From Candidatus Zhuqueibacterota bacterium (GTDB lineage Bacteria > Zhuqueibacterota > Zhuqueibacteria > Residuimicrobiales > Residuimicrobiaceae): a DNA stretch of 32,000 bases. The stretch lies in contig JAFGSU010000291.1 of the NCBI GenBank assembly GCA_016934435.1, positions 1 to 32,000 of the forward strand. The letters are read 5' to 3'. The notes under the pieces are model-generated. The model made no database searches and was not told where the DNA came from. It saw only the letters and a program-made list of their open reading frames with translations. Shown in pieces: positions 9,186-17,824 of the stretch. Position 1 is the first letter of the stretch; each line of letters opens with the position of its first letter. The position numbers and the translations under genes were made by a program.

Positions 9186-9932
9186 GTGAAGGTCTTTGAA
9201 TATTTAACTCAAGTCAGAGTGAAAAAAGGGGCCGGATATCTTGTTTTGATAGATCCGGATAAGCAGAGTCTGGAGGAAGCTGTTGCGTTGGCCAAGAGTT
9301 GTGCGGATGCGGATGTAGACGCCCTTTTAGTGGGTGGCAGCCTGCTATTTACTCATATTTTTGATGAATTGATCAAGGGAATTAAGGCTGAATGTAATTT
9401 GCCTGTGATCATTTTCCCGGGAAGCACCCGGCAGCTGTCAAAATATGCGGATGCGATATTGTTCTTATCCTTGCTCAGCGGGCGCAATGTGAATTATATT
9501 ATTGGTGACCAGGTGCTTGCCGCTCCCATTATAAAATCCATGAAGCTGGAACCTATCTCAACGGCCTATTTATTCATTGAATCGGGTAATATTACCTCTG
9601 CGCAATTTCTCAGTGACACCAAACCCATACCGCGCGAGAAAGCCGATATTGTGATCGCCCATGCGCTGGCAGCCGAATATCTCGGCATGAGCATGGTTTA
9701 TCTTGAAGCGGGAAGTGGGGCGCAGCAATCGGTTCCTGATGCGATAATTGCCACCCTGCACAAATTCATCACTATTCCCATTATTGTCGGGGGGGGTATC
9801 CGCACACCCGAGGAAGCACAAAAAAAAGTGAATGCCGGAGCCAGTTTTATCGTTACCGGCAATGTCATTGAACAAAGTCGAGATCGTAATCTCATCAAAG
9901 CATTTGCTCAAGCTATTCATAGTAAGGCATGA
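9186..9932 (+). CDS. geranylgeranylglyceryl/heptaprenylglyceryl phosphate synthase family protein (GGGPS/PcrB, TIM-barrel prenyltransferase)
   Basis: Family pattern: LIDPDK, LLVGGS, IIFPG, DAILFLSLLSGRN, YLEAGSGA, IVGGGIRTPEEA and FIVTGNVIE. GTG 9186 follows AAGAGGGAG. The ORF track opens further upstream at TTG 9162. Confidence 0.8.
   Translation: MKVFEYLTQVRVKKGAGYLVLIDPDKQSLEEAVALAKSCADADVDALLVGGSLLFTHIFDELIKGIKAECNLPVIIFPGSTRQLSKYADAILFLSLLSGRNVNYIIGDQVLAAPIIKSMKLEPISTAYLFIESGNITSAQFLSDTKPIPREKADIVIAHALAAEYLGMSMVYLEAGSGAQQSVPDAIIATLHKFITIPIIVGGGIRTPEEAQKKVNAGASFIVTGNVIEQSRDRNLIKAFAQAIHSKA
9789..9796 (+). repeat. G8 homopolymer inside the GGGPS-family gene (GTC GGG GGG GGT)
   Basis: Counted directly in the sequence. 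Confidence 0.95.
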
Positions 9933-9936
9933 CAGT

Positions 9937-10764
9937 ATGACAGCTCATTCTACCATTCCACTGATTGATACGCACGCTCATATTTTGCCTTTCTGGGATG
10001 ATGGCGCAGATTCCTGGGAAACCGCCCTTGCCATGGTTAAACAGGCCGAAGAAGACGGCATCGTTGAAGCCGTCTGTACGCCTCACATTTTATCCAAACA
10101 GGAATTTCAACAAGAGAGCATTTTGCTCGGACGATTTGAAGAGTTATCAAAAAGAGTCAAGGAAGCCGGACTCCATGTGAGGCTTTATATGGGTTCGGAA
10201 ATATTTATCCATCCCGAACTGGATCTTCAATATCGCATAGCTACGCCGGCGGGAAACGGCCGTTATTTTCTCGTCGAATTTCCCATGAGCTTGACGCCCG
10301 AGTCGGTCACTCAATCATTTTTAAATGAAATATTTAAAGCCAAAATCCCGGTTATCGCTCATCCGGAGCGTTATCTGCGAATTCTGAATAATCCGACCGA
10401 AGCGTATCGTTATGTGGAGCGCGGCGCCCTGCTGCAACTCAATGCGGGCAGCATTCTCGGTAATTTTGGCCAGATGATCAGAGAGCTGTCGCATTTTTTA
10501 TTGGATGCCAATCTGGTACATCTGGTGGCTTCGGATGCGCACGATGTCCATTCGAGACCCCTTCGATTAAGGAAAGCATTCGACTATGTTTCCCACAAAT
10601 GGAGCGAAGATAAAGCTAGACAACTCTTTAATGAGAATCCGGCAAAAATGCTCAGGGGGGACGTGATACGCAGCGAACCAAAACCCCCGCAGCAAAAAAC
10701 GAAAACAAAATGGGGCAGGTATATGAAATCCTTTACTAAAAAGATGGGAACTTTTAATGGATGA
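9937..10764 (+). CDS. PHP-domain metal-dependent phosphatase, CpsB/YwqE-like (protein-tyrosine phosphatase family)
   Basis: PHP metal-ligand pattern: IDTHAHILP..DDG, CTPH, IAHPERY and ASDAHD. ATG 9937 lies 4 nt after the previous stop. The longer ORF from 9832 overlaps the upstream gene and is not conserved-looking. Confidence 0.8.
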   Translation: MTAHSTIPLIDTHAHILPFWDDGADSWETALAMVKQAEEDGIVEAVCTPHILSKQEFQQESILLGRFEELSKRVKEAGLHVRLYMGSEIFIHPELDLQYRIATPAGNGRYFLVEFPMSLTPESVTQSFLNEIFKAKIPVIAHPERYLRILNNPTEAYRYVERGALLQLNAGSILGNFGQMIRELSHFLLDANLVHLVASDAHDVHSRPLRLRKAFDYVSHKWSEDKARQLFNENPAKMLRGDVIRSEPKPPQQKTKTKWGRYMKSFTKKMGTFNG

Positions 10765-11338
10765 ACGCATTGCTTATATACATTCCCAGTTATCGGAAAC
10801 AATAGATTTGTTGCGGGAGATTGATACAAATCTGAAAAAAAGTATCCTGCGTATTGCAGATGTATTCGGTACGTGCTTATCCCGTGGCGGAAAGGTACTC
10901 ATATGCGGAAATGGCGGAAGCGCTGCGGATGCGCAACATTTTGCCGCTGAACTGGTGGGGCGCCTGAGTCGCAATCGTCAGCCGTTCGCGGCTCTCGCAC
11001 TTACAACGGATACATCCATTCTTACTGCTTTAAGTAACGATTTTTCGTTTGATCTAATTTTCCAACGACAACTGGAAGCCCTCGGCCTGGCGGGCGATGT
11101 TTTGATGGGCATCAGTACCAGTGGTAATTCGAAAAATGTCATTCAAGCCATTCTGGCGGCAAAGGAAAAGGGAATAACCACCGTGGGCCTGACGGGCAAA
11201 GGTGGAGGAGAGTTGGCCAACGTGGCGGATGAGATACTGATTGTACCGCATGATAATGCTCAGCACATTCAAGAAGCGCATGTTGCCATCATGCACATCT
11301 GGTGTGCGCTTATAGAGGCCGCACTGCTGCCTGAATAA
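10757..11338 (+). CDS. gmhA: SIS-domain phosphoheptose isomerase (GmhA/DiaA family)
   Basis: Motifs ICGNGGSAADAQHFAAELVGR, GISTSGNSKNV and IQEAHVAIMH are present. The start overlaps the upstream stop by 8 nt. Confidence 0.85.
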   Translation: MDERIAYIHSQLSETIDLLREIDTNLKKSILRIADVFGTCLSRGGKVLICGNGGSAADAQHFAAELVGRLSRNRQPFAALALTTDTSILTALSNDFSFDLIFQRQLEALGLAGDVLMGISTSGNSKNVIQAILAAKEKGITTVGLTGKGGGELANVADEILIVPHDNAQHIQEAHVAIMHIWCALIEAALLPE

Positions 11339-11385
11339 TGTATTTCCTTTGCCTCTTTATAATATAACATTGTTTTGGATATCCA

Positions 11386-13473
11386 TTGAATTTTTTGAAT
11401 TCAGCCATACTGGTAGGTCTTGTTGCTGCGATTTTACCGCTTCTTATTCATCTATTTACCAAGTCTAAAGCAAAACCTGTAGCCTTCAGCACATTGCGCT
11501 TTTTACGTCAGTTGCAGAACAAAAAGATCAGACGCTTAAAGTTGCGGCAAATTCTTTTGCTCATTTTACGTACATTAATTGTGCTTTTATTGGTTCTTGC
11601 TTTTGCCCGGCCCACTTGCCGGACGTCATCTCCCGACCTATCGACAGGCGACGCAAATACAAGTGCGGCGATCATTCTGGACAACTCGATAAGTATGGCA
11701 AGAATCCATCAGGGAAAGTCGTTGTTTGAACGGGCAAAAGTTGCCGCCCATGCCATTGTCACAAATTTTCGCGAAGGAGACCAGATATTCTTTATCACTA
11801 CTACAGATACCAGCCTGCAGAAAAACAAAATCGCATACCACGATTTTGATTTATTGCATCGTGAGATTGACCAGACCGAGCTGAATTATAACAAGACGGA
11901 TTTAACCGCCGCGCTTAATTTCACGCGTCGAATGCTGGCAGAGTCCAAAAATATCAATAAGGAAATTTTTACAATTTCCGACTTGCAACGTAATGCTTTC
12001 CGCCAGGACACTCTCAGAAAAGTAGACCCTTTAATTCGGTCGTATGCTGTAGCTATTCAGGACGATGATAGTCAAAATTTATCCGTAGAGTCGGTTCACC
12101 TCCGTTCCACCATTTTACAAAAAGGTAAATTGGCTGAACTGGAAGTAAAATTACGCAATCGCGGCCGTTATCCTGTCAGAAACAGACTCGTCGAAGTATT
12201 TCTCAATGACCAGAGAGTGGCTCAGAATATTGTTGATGTGGAAGCGGAGAGCGAAAGCAGGGTTCTATCTAAATTTATTCTCGATCGTAGCGGCTTTCTG
12301 ACAGGACGGGTGCGTTTGGAAGACGACGATCTTTTGCAGGATAACGAACGTTACTTTTCATTTACGGTTCCAGAAAAGATCAACATCGTTCTTATCAGTC
12401 AGACACCGGACGCTGATTTTTTGCTATCCGCGTTGCAGCCGACTAAAATGCCCGGCTCGTTGTTTGAAATTGTTCGGCTTCAGGAGGAACGTTTGTCTTC
12501 TCAGATACTGGACACAATGCAGGTGATCGTCCTGAACAATGTACCTCAGCCGAGTAAGCAGAGTATTGAAAAATTGCGATACTTTATCGATGGAGGGGGG
12601 GGGCTTTTACTGATATTGGGAGCGGCGACCGATTTGCAGTGGTACAACGAGGCCTTTAATTCACTATTGGGTTTACCACGGTTTGTGGAAGTGATGGGAG
12701 ACGAAAATAGCAGGTTCACTCTGGATAAAATGGATCTCGACCATCCTGTTTTTAGCGGAATATTTGAGAAGGACCGGGTTCATTTTACCAGGCCTTTCTT
12801 TTTTTATGGCGTTCGAGTCGGAGCAAACGCTTATATCAATCCGATTTTATCTTTCAGTTCGGGAGAACCTTATCTTTTCGAGGTGCGCAAAGGGCAGGGA
12901 ACCATTTTAGTATTCACAAGCGGTTTTGATGTGAAACAATCGGATGTGGCTTTTCGGGCTATTTTTGCGCCTCTGATGCACAGATGTGCGGCTTATCTGG
13001 GATTGCGGAGCCAGAGTGCGGGTGATGATTTGCTCATTGGCCAGTCCTGGCGGTTTCGGCTGCCGAGCGATGCGATCAATGTGGATTTGCAGATTGTCCG
13101 ACCCGATCAGGAAATCGATCGGGTCCAACCTGTTGTAACCGCTTCAGGGGCCTGGATTCAGTATGAAGAATGCAATGACCCCGGAATCTATTATCTGTCA
13201 GCCAATCATTTTCCGATTGCTCAATGGGCTGTAAATCTTGATGAGACTGAATCCGATTTCCGCAGAATGGATGAGACAGAATTGAATACCCGATATCAAA
13301 TTCAGGTAGTTCAGGATGTCGAAGATTTGACACAAATGCTGGTAGAGCAAAGAGTGGGCAAAGAACTCTGGTATTATTTTCTTCTCGCTGTTTTAGCCCT
13401 GCTCATCATCGAAATGCTGCTTTATCGTGAGAAGGGTGAAGCCGTGATAGCCGAAGGTGATACCGAAAGTTAG
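11386..13473 (+). CDS. BatA-N (N-terminal double-transmembrane) / vWA-like domain membrane protein
   Basis: The N-terminus ILVGLVAAILPLLIHLF plus a second TM segment is typical of the aerotolerance BatA-N domain. A DxSxS MIDAS-like motif (LDNSISM) and a C-terminal TM segment (LWYYFLLAVLALLIIEMLLY) are present. The start codon is TTG. Confidence 0.65.
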   Translation: MNFLNSAILVGLVAAILPLLIHLFTKSKAKPVAFSTLRFLRQLQNKKIRRLKLRQILLLILRTLIVLLLVLAFARPTCRTSSPDLSTGDANTSAAIILDNSISMARIHQGKSLFERAKVAAHAIVTNFREGDQIFFITTTDTSLQKNKIAYHDFDLLHREIDQTELNYNKTDLTAALNFTRRMLAESKNINKEIFTISDLQRNAFRQDTLRKVDPLIRSYAVAIQDDDSQNLSVESVHLRSTILQKGKLAELEVKLRNRGRYPVRNRLVEVFLNDQRVAQNIVDVEAESESRVLSKFILDRSGFLTGRVRLEDDDLLQDNERYFSFTVPEKINIVLISQTPDADFLLSALQPTKMPGSLFEIVRLQEERLSSQILDTMQVIVLNNVPQPSKQSIEKLRYFIDGGGGLLLILGAATDLQWYNEAFNSLLGLPRFVEVMGDENSRFTLDKMDLDHPVFSGIFEKDRVHFTRPFFFYGVRVGANAYINPILSFSSGEPYLFEVRKGQGTILVFTSGFDVKQSDVAFRAIFAPLMHRCAAYLGLRSQSAGDDLLIGQSWRFRLPSDAINVDLQIVRPDQEIDRVQPVVTASGAWIQYEECNDPGIYYLSANHFPIAQWAVNLDETESDFRRMDETELNTRYQIQVVQDVEDLTQMLVEQRVGKELWYYFLLAVLALLIIEMLLYREKGEAVIAEGDTES
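12595..12603 (+). repeat. G9 homopolymer inside the BatA-N/vWA gene (GGA GGG GGG GGG = Gly4)
   Basis: Counted directly across the 12600/12601 line break. Confidence 0.95.
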
Positions 13474-13479
13474 CAGAAT

Positions 13480-14766
13480 ATGTTTGAAGAAACGCAAGAA
13501 AGAGCGATCCTGGTCGGATTGGTAACGCGGCAAAATGTTCGCTGGCAGGTTGAAGAATATCTGGATGAGCTTGAGTTACTGGCAGATACAGCTGGGGCAG
13601 AGGTGTTGGAAAGGGTCATACAGGAGCGGGAACGTATGGATCCCGCTTTTATGGTCGGCCGCGGCAAAGTGGAAGAACTTGCGCAGATGGCAAAATATCT
13701 TGACGCGGATTTGATCATTTTTGATGATGACCTGTCTCCGGCTCAGGCAAACAATATTGAAAGAATTTGTAAGAGTAAAATCGTCGACCGCAGCGGTCTT
13801 ATTTTGGATATATTTGCCAAACACGCTCGTACGCGCGAAGCGAGAACGCAGGTTGAGCTGGCACAACTCAACTATTTGCTTCCCCGGCTTACAGGTCAAT
13901 GGCGCCATCTTTCGCGACAGGTGGGCGGTATCGGGGTAAGAGGCCCGGGCGAAACACAGCTGGAAGTGGACCGACGATTGATTCGAAATCGGGTGGCCCA
14001 TTTGGAAAAGGAACTCGTCAAGATTTCCAATCAGCGACAGGTCAGACGCAAGAATCGGCGCGATATTTTCAAGGCAGCCCTCGTTGGCTATACCAATGTC
14101 GGTAAATCCACTTTGCTGAACGCCCTCACCTCGGCGCAAGTCTTGGTGGAGGATCGGCTGTTCGCAACCCTTGATGCGACCGTACGGGGATTGCAGTTTA
14201 ATGATCATCTGCAGGTTTTATTGATTGATACGGTGGGTTTCATCCGGAAACTACCGCATCATTTAGTGGCCTCTTTCAAAAGCACGCTGGAAGAAACGGC
14301 GGATGCGGATTTGCTGTTGCACGTCATTGATATTACCCATCCCCATTTTGCAGAGCAGATAACAACCGTAGAAACAGTGTTGGCTGAATTGGGTTTGGAG
14401 AATCGACCCACTATCAGGGTTTACAATAAAATAGACCAATTTGAACAACCTGCTCTTCTGACGAAAATTAAAAACCAAGACACCATGAGCGTTTGCATTT
14501 CTGCGCAAAAAGGCACTCATCTCGATCGTCTAATCGGCTTGATACGCTCGTTTGCCGAACAGGGTTATACAATCGATGCCATCACTATTCCCGTGCAGCA
14601 AGCCGGACTGGTTAGTAAAGTATATAATATCGTTGATGTTCTGCAAACAACTCATGATGATGGAGAAATTACGCTTACGGTTAAAATCCCGGCTATTCAA
14701 GAAAAAAAGATACGCAATCTGCTTCATAACTTATTGGTTGGTGAATCCAAGAGTGGTAATAGCTGA
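13480..14766 (+). CDS. hflX: GTPase HflX
   Basis: It has the HflX N-terminal domain, then G1 GYTNVGKST, G3 DTVGF and G4 NKID. Confidence 0.95.
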   Translation: MFEETQERAILVGLVTRQNVRWQVEEYLDELELLADTAGAEVLERVIQERERMDPAFMVGRGKVEELAQMAKYLDADLIIFDDDLSPAQANNIERICKSKIVDRSGLILDIFAKHARTREARTQVELAQLNYLLPRLTGQWRHLSRQVGGIGVRGPGETQLEVDRRLIRNRVAHLEKELVKISNQRQVRRKNRRDIFKAALVGYTNVGKSTLLNALTSAQVLVEDRLFATLDATVRGLQFNDHLQVLLIDTVGFIRKLPHHLVASFKSTLEETADADLLLHVIDITHPHFAEQITTVETVLAELGLENRPTIRVYNKIDQFEQPALLTKIKNQDTMSVCISAQKGTHLDRLIGLIRSFAEQGYTIDAITIPVQQAGLVSKVYNIVDVLQTTHDDGEITLTVKIPAIQEKKIRNLLHNLLVGESKSGNS

Positions 14767-16124
14767 TGCATATTCTCGTTGTAGATGATGATAGCAACGT
14801 CTGTCAATCCCTCGCCTGGCTTTTACAGAAGGATGGCCACCGGGTTCATACCTGCCGGAGTGGAGAGGATGCCGTTGCTGCTGTTGATAAAGAGATGTTT
14901 AATCTGGTATTTCTCGATGTCGTGATGCCCGGTATGGGGGGGTTATCTGCGCTGGAAAGGATGTTGTCCAGAGAACGAACCCTGCGGGTGGTCATGATTT
15001 CCGGGGCTGCGGATTTGAGCATGGCCGTGCGCGCGATTAAGATGGGCGCATATGATTTCCTGGAAAAACCACTCAATCCGGAAAAAGTGCAGGTGGTTGT
15101 GAACCATATACAGAAGCAGGAACAGGTTCGCGCTCAGGTTGAGAATCTCCAATCGATCGTCGATCAGGAATACAAAATGATCGGGACTTCTGCAGCCATG
15201 CAACAGGTATATCGAGCGATCGAAATGGCGGCGCCGAGCGAAGGCCGTATTCTCATTATGGGGGAGAATGGCACGGGCAAAGAACTGGTCGCACGAGAAA
15301 TCCATAAAAAAAGCGGGCGGGCAAACCAGCCTTTTATTCAGTTAAATTGCGCCGCGATCCCGAGAGAGTTAATTGAGAGTGAATTATTCGGCTATGAAAA
15401 GGGAGCCTTTACAGGCGCAGCGCAACGAAAAACCGGTCTTATTGAAAAGGCGCATGGCGGAACTCTGTTGCTCGATGAAGTGGGGGATATGGCTCTCGAA
15501 ACACAAGCCAAGTTATTGCGCGTGTTGCAGGAAAATGAATTTTATCGAGTGGGCGGTACCAGCGCTTATCATTTTGATGTGCGCATCATTTCCGCTACCA
15601 ACAAGGATTTGCAGAAAGAGATTTCGCTTGGTAACTTTAGGCAGGATCTCTATTTTCGTCTGAACGTTATTCCGCTGGTTATACCGCCTTTGCGGCAGCA
15701 TCGGGAGGATATCCCCCTGCTTACAAAACATTTTTTGACCAACTACTGTCGACGCAATGGCAAAAAAATGAAGCAGGTGACGGAAGATGCCATGATTATT
15801 CTCCAGAACTATCCCTGGCCCGGCAATGTCCGGGAGCTTAAAAATATCATGGAACGGTTGGCTATTATGATCGAGAAGAAGGTTATCGACGACGAGGCGG
15901 TGTCTTTGGTTCTGGCGACAAAATCTTTCGTGCAAACAGGAGATAGTGATTCGGAATTGCCGTTAAAAGTACAATTGCAAAATTTTGAGAAAAAAATCTT
16001 AAAGGAAGGTATGATTAAACACCAGGGTAACATAAGTCGACTAGCCGCTGCCCTGAAAACCGACAGGGCCAATTTACATCGCAAACTGAAACAGTATGGC
16101 ATAAAATATGGGGTGTCGGCATGA
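14766..16124 (+). CDS. sigma-54-dependent Fis-family response regulator (NtrC-type enhancer-binding protein)
   Basis: The REC domain has intact acidic pocket and phospho-acceptor residues (VVDDD, FLDVVMPG, ISG, K in KMGAYDFLEKP). The AAA+ domain has GENGTGKE, the GAFTGA loop and LLLDEVGD. A C-terminal Fis HTH is present. The ATG overlaps the hflX TGA by 1 nt. Confidence 0.92.
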   Translation: MHILVVDDDSNVCQSLAWLLQKDGHRVHTCRSGEDAVAAVDKEMFNLVFLDVVMPGMGGLSALERMLSRERTLRVVMISGAADLSMAVRAIKMGAYDFLEKPLNPEKVQVVVNHIQKQEQVRAQVENLQSIVDQEYKMIGTSAAMQQVYRAIEMAAPSEGRILIMGENGTGKELVAREIHKKSGRANQPFIQLNCAAIPRELIESELFGYEKGAFTGAAQRKTGLIEKAHGGTLLLDEVGDMALETQAKLLRVLQENEFYRVGGTSAYHFDVRIISATNKDLQKEISLGNFRQDLYFRLNVIPLVIPPLRQHREDIPLLTKHFLTNYCRRNGKKMKQVTEDAMIILQNYPWPGNVRELKNIMERLAIMIEKKVIDDEAVSLVLATKSFVQTGDSDSELPLKVQLQNFEKKILKEGMIKHQGNISRLAAALKTDRANLHRKLKQYGIKYGVSA

Positions 16125-17824
16125 AAAAGGTCAATTTGCATATTTCGGCTGTATCCATCGTTATCTTTTATATCCTGATAAACGGTTTACTTTCAGTGAT
16201 TGCACAAGAAACCGGCCGCATCCGCATGACCAACCGACACTACAGAAGCGGCGACTGGGTTACCTATTCGACGACCAGGTTCATCCATCATCTGGCCATT
16301 GGACCCGATGAGATTTATTTCGCCACCACGGGGGGTATCACTCGTTTTAACCATTTTAGCAACCAATGGGAGGAACCCTATACCATGAGCGATGGCCTGG
16401 CGAGTAACCATATATCGCTGGTGGCCTTTGATGTTGCGACCGGTTATTTATGGTGCATCACGGAAAATAGTATCAGTTATCTAGAGTCGGCCAGTAAGTT
16501 ATGGTACAATTTTTTTTACGATGAACTGGGTTTTTATGATCGTGAAAGCGTGCATTCCATTGGATTCAGCGAGGATCGCAGAGTCTTCCTTGTGACCGAA
16601 CGCGATCGCTGGTTTTCTTCCTTAAATACATCCGGTAATTTTTTCCCCCAAGCGCCGGACAATAATTCTACAAAGGTAGTCTGGTTTGGAGCCATGGCTG
16701 AGGCCGAGCAACTTCCGACTTTTTTGAATGTACCGTATGGTTATTTCTATGATCCACAGAACAATCTGATCACCGATACGCATTTACGTCGTTTTCGTAT
16801 CACCTGTTGGATGCGCGATAACTGGAATAACCTCTGGCTCGGCACCTGGGGGCTCGGCGCCGGCCGCGCTGATCTGAATACAACAAATATGGATCTGCTC
16901 ACCTTTGGACTCTGGAACCCAACCGTCCATACCATTGCCGGGGATATTGACGGATTATGGCTGGGCGGTATCCAACAACAGGAAGCGCCCGCCGGTATTA
17001 CCTACTGGTCGGGGCTTGATGCGGAACCCATCTACTACGAACCCCTTTTAATTTCCGGCTTTCATGATGACCGCATTACCCAAATAGCCGTGGATGGACA
17101 GACCGTCTGGTATGCAACCCAGAACGGCCTTACCCGCTATAACGCGGAAAAAAACAGCTGGCATACCTTTAATCAAAGCGATCATCTGGTGGACAACAGG
17201 ATCGAGGACATTATTATCGATGGTCATACAGTCTGGGTCGCCACCCGGGCCGGATTGTCGGCCGTGGAAAAAAAGGCTTCCGCCAAGAAAGATACTCTCC
17301 GTTTTCAAATTGTCGATTACAAGACTCTGGCAAATGTATGGATTTACGACCTGGACCGGACGGAGAACCTGATTTGGGCTGCAACCGAATTTGGATTGTA
17401 CTTTTATGACAAAGCGAAGAAAAACGGAGAATTTTATCGAGGAACGCTGGGTCCCGGAACCCAACGCACGTTCGCCGTATCCTGTTACGGTGAGGAAGTG
17501 TGGTATGCCACCGAACAGGGGGTTTCTGCTTTGTTGATGGATGAATCCACTACAGAAGACTGGCCGCTATACGCCCTGCGTAATTACCAAATCCATAGCC
17601 GTACCTGGCGATTATTTGCGGATTCATCGGCCGTCTGGTTGGCCACCCAGGAAGGCGTTATCAGACTGGATCGCCAGAGTAGCCGGTGGATACACTATAC
17701 AATCGAAGACGGCCTCCCGTCGAATGCAATTTACAGCATACTGCTGGATGGCGATTATATCTGGTTCGGCAGTAGGGCCGGATTGACGAGGTTTTACTGG
17801 AATGCTCCTTATCGCATTGATTAA
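16121..17824 (+). CDS. secreted two-component-regulator propeller (Reg_prop) repeat protein / ligand-binding sensor-domain protein
   Basis: An N-terminal signal peptide (VSIVIFYILINGLLSVIA-QE) is followed by repeated (V/I)W(Y/F/V/L)(A/G)(T/S)..G(L/V)(T/S/I)... modules, most clearly VWYATQNGLTRY, VWVATRAGLSAV, VWYATEQGVSAL, VWLATQEGVIRL and IWFGSRAGLTRF. There is no kinase, HTH or further TM segment. It has an ATGA overlap with the regulator gene. Confidence 0.7.
   Translation: MKKVNLHISAVSIVIFYILINGLLSVIAQETGRIRMTNRHYRSGDWVTYSTTRFIHHLAIGPDEIYFATTGGITRFNHFSNQWEEPYTMSDGLASNHISLVAFDVATGYLWCITENSISYLESASKLWYNFFYDELGFYDRESVHSIGFSEDRRVFLVTERDRWFSSLNTSGNFFPQAPDNNSTKVVWFGAMAEAEQLPTFLNVPYGYFYDPQNNLITDTHLRRFRITCWMRDNWNNLWLGTWGLGAGRADLNTTNMDLLTFGLWNPTVHTIAGDIDGLWLGGIQQQEAPAGITYWSGLDAEPIYYEPLLISGFHDDRITQIAVDGQTVWYATQNGLTRYNAEKNSWHTFNQSDHLVDNRIEDIIIDGHTVWVATRAGLSAVEKKASAKKDTLRFQIVDYKTLANVWIYDLDRTENLIWAATEFGLYFYDKAKKNGEFYRGTLGPGTQRTFAVSCYGEEVWYATEQGVSALLMDESTTEDWPLYALRNYQIHSRTWRLFADSSAVWLATQEGVIRLDRQSSRWIHYTIEDGLPSNAIYSILLDGDYIWFGSRAGLTRFYWNAPYRID

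Noticed and set aside
13576-14208. A 210-aa ORF on the minus strand, and similar long antisense ORFs at 18746-19273, 21212-21697, 30041-30502 and 31463-31978.
   Set aside because: Each lies fully or largely inside a well-supported + strand gene (hflX, folC, rho, the S8 protease, pyrR). Each has low-complexity, Arg/Ser/Cys-rich composition typical of shadow frames and shows no recognisable motif.
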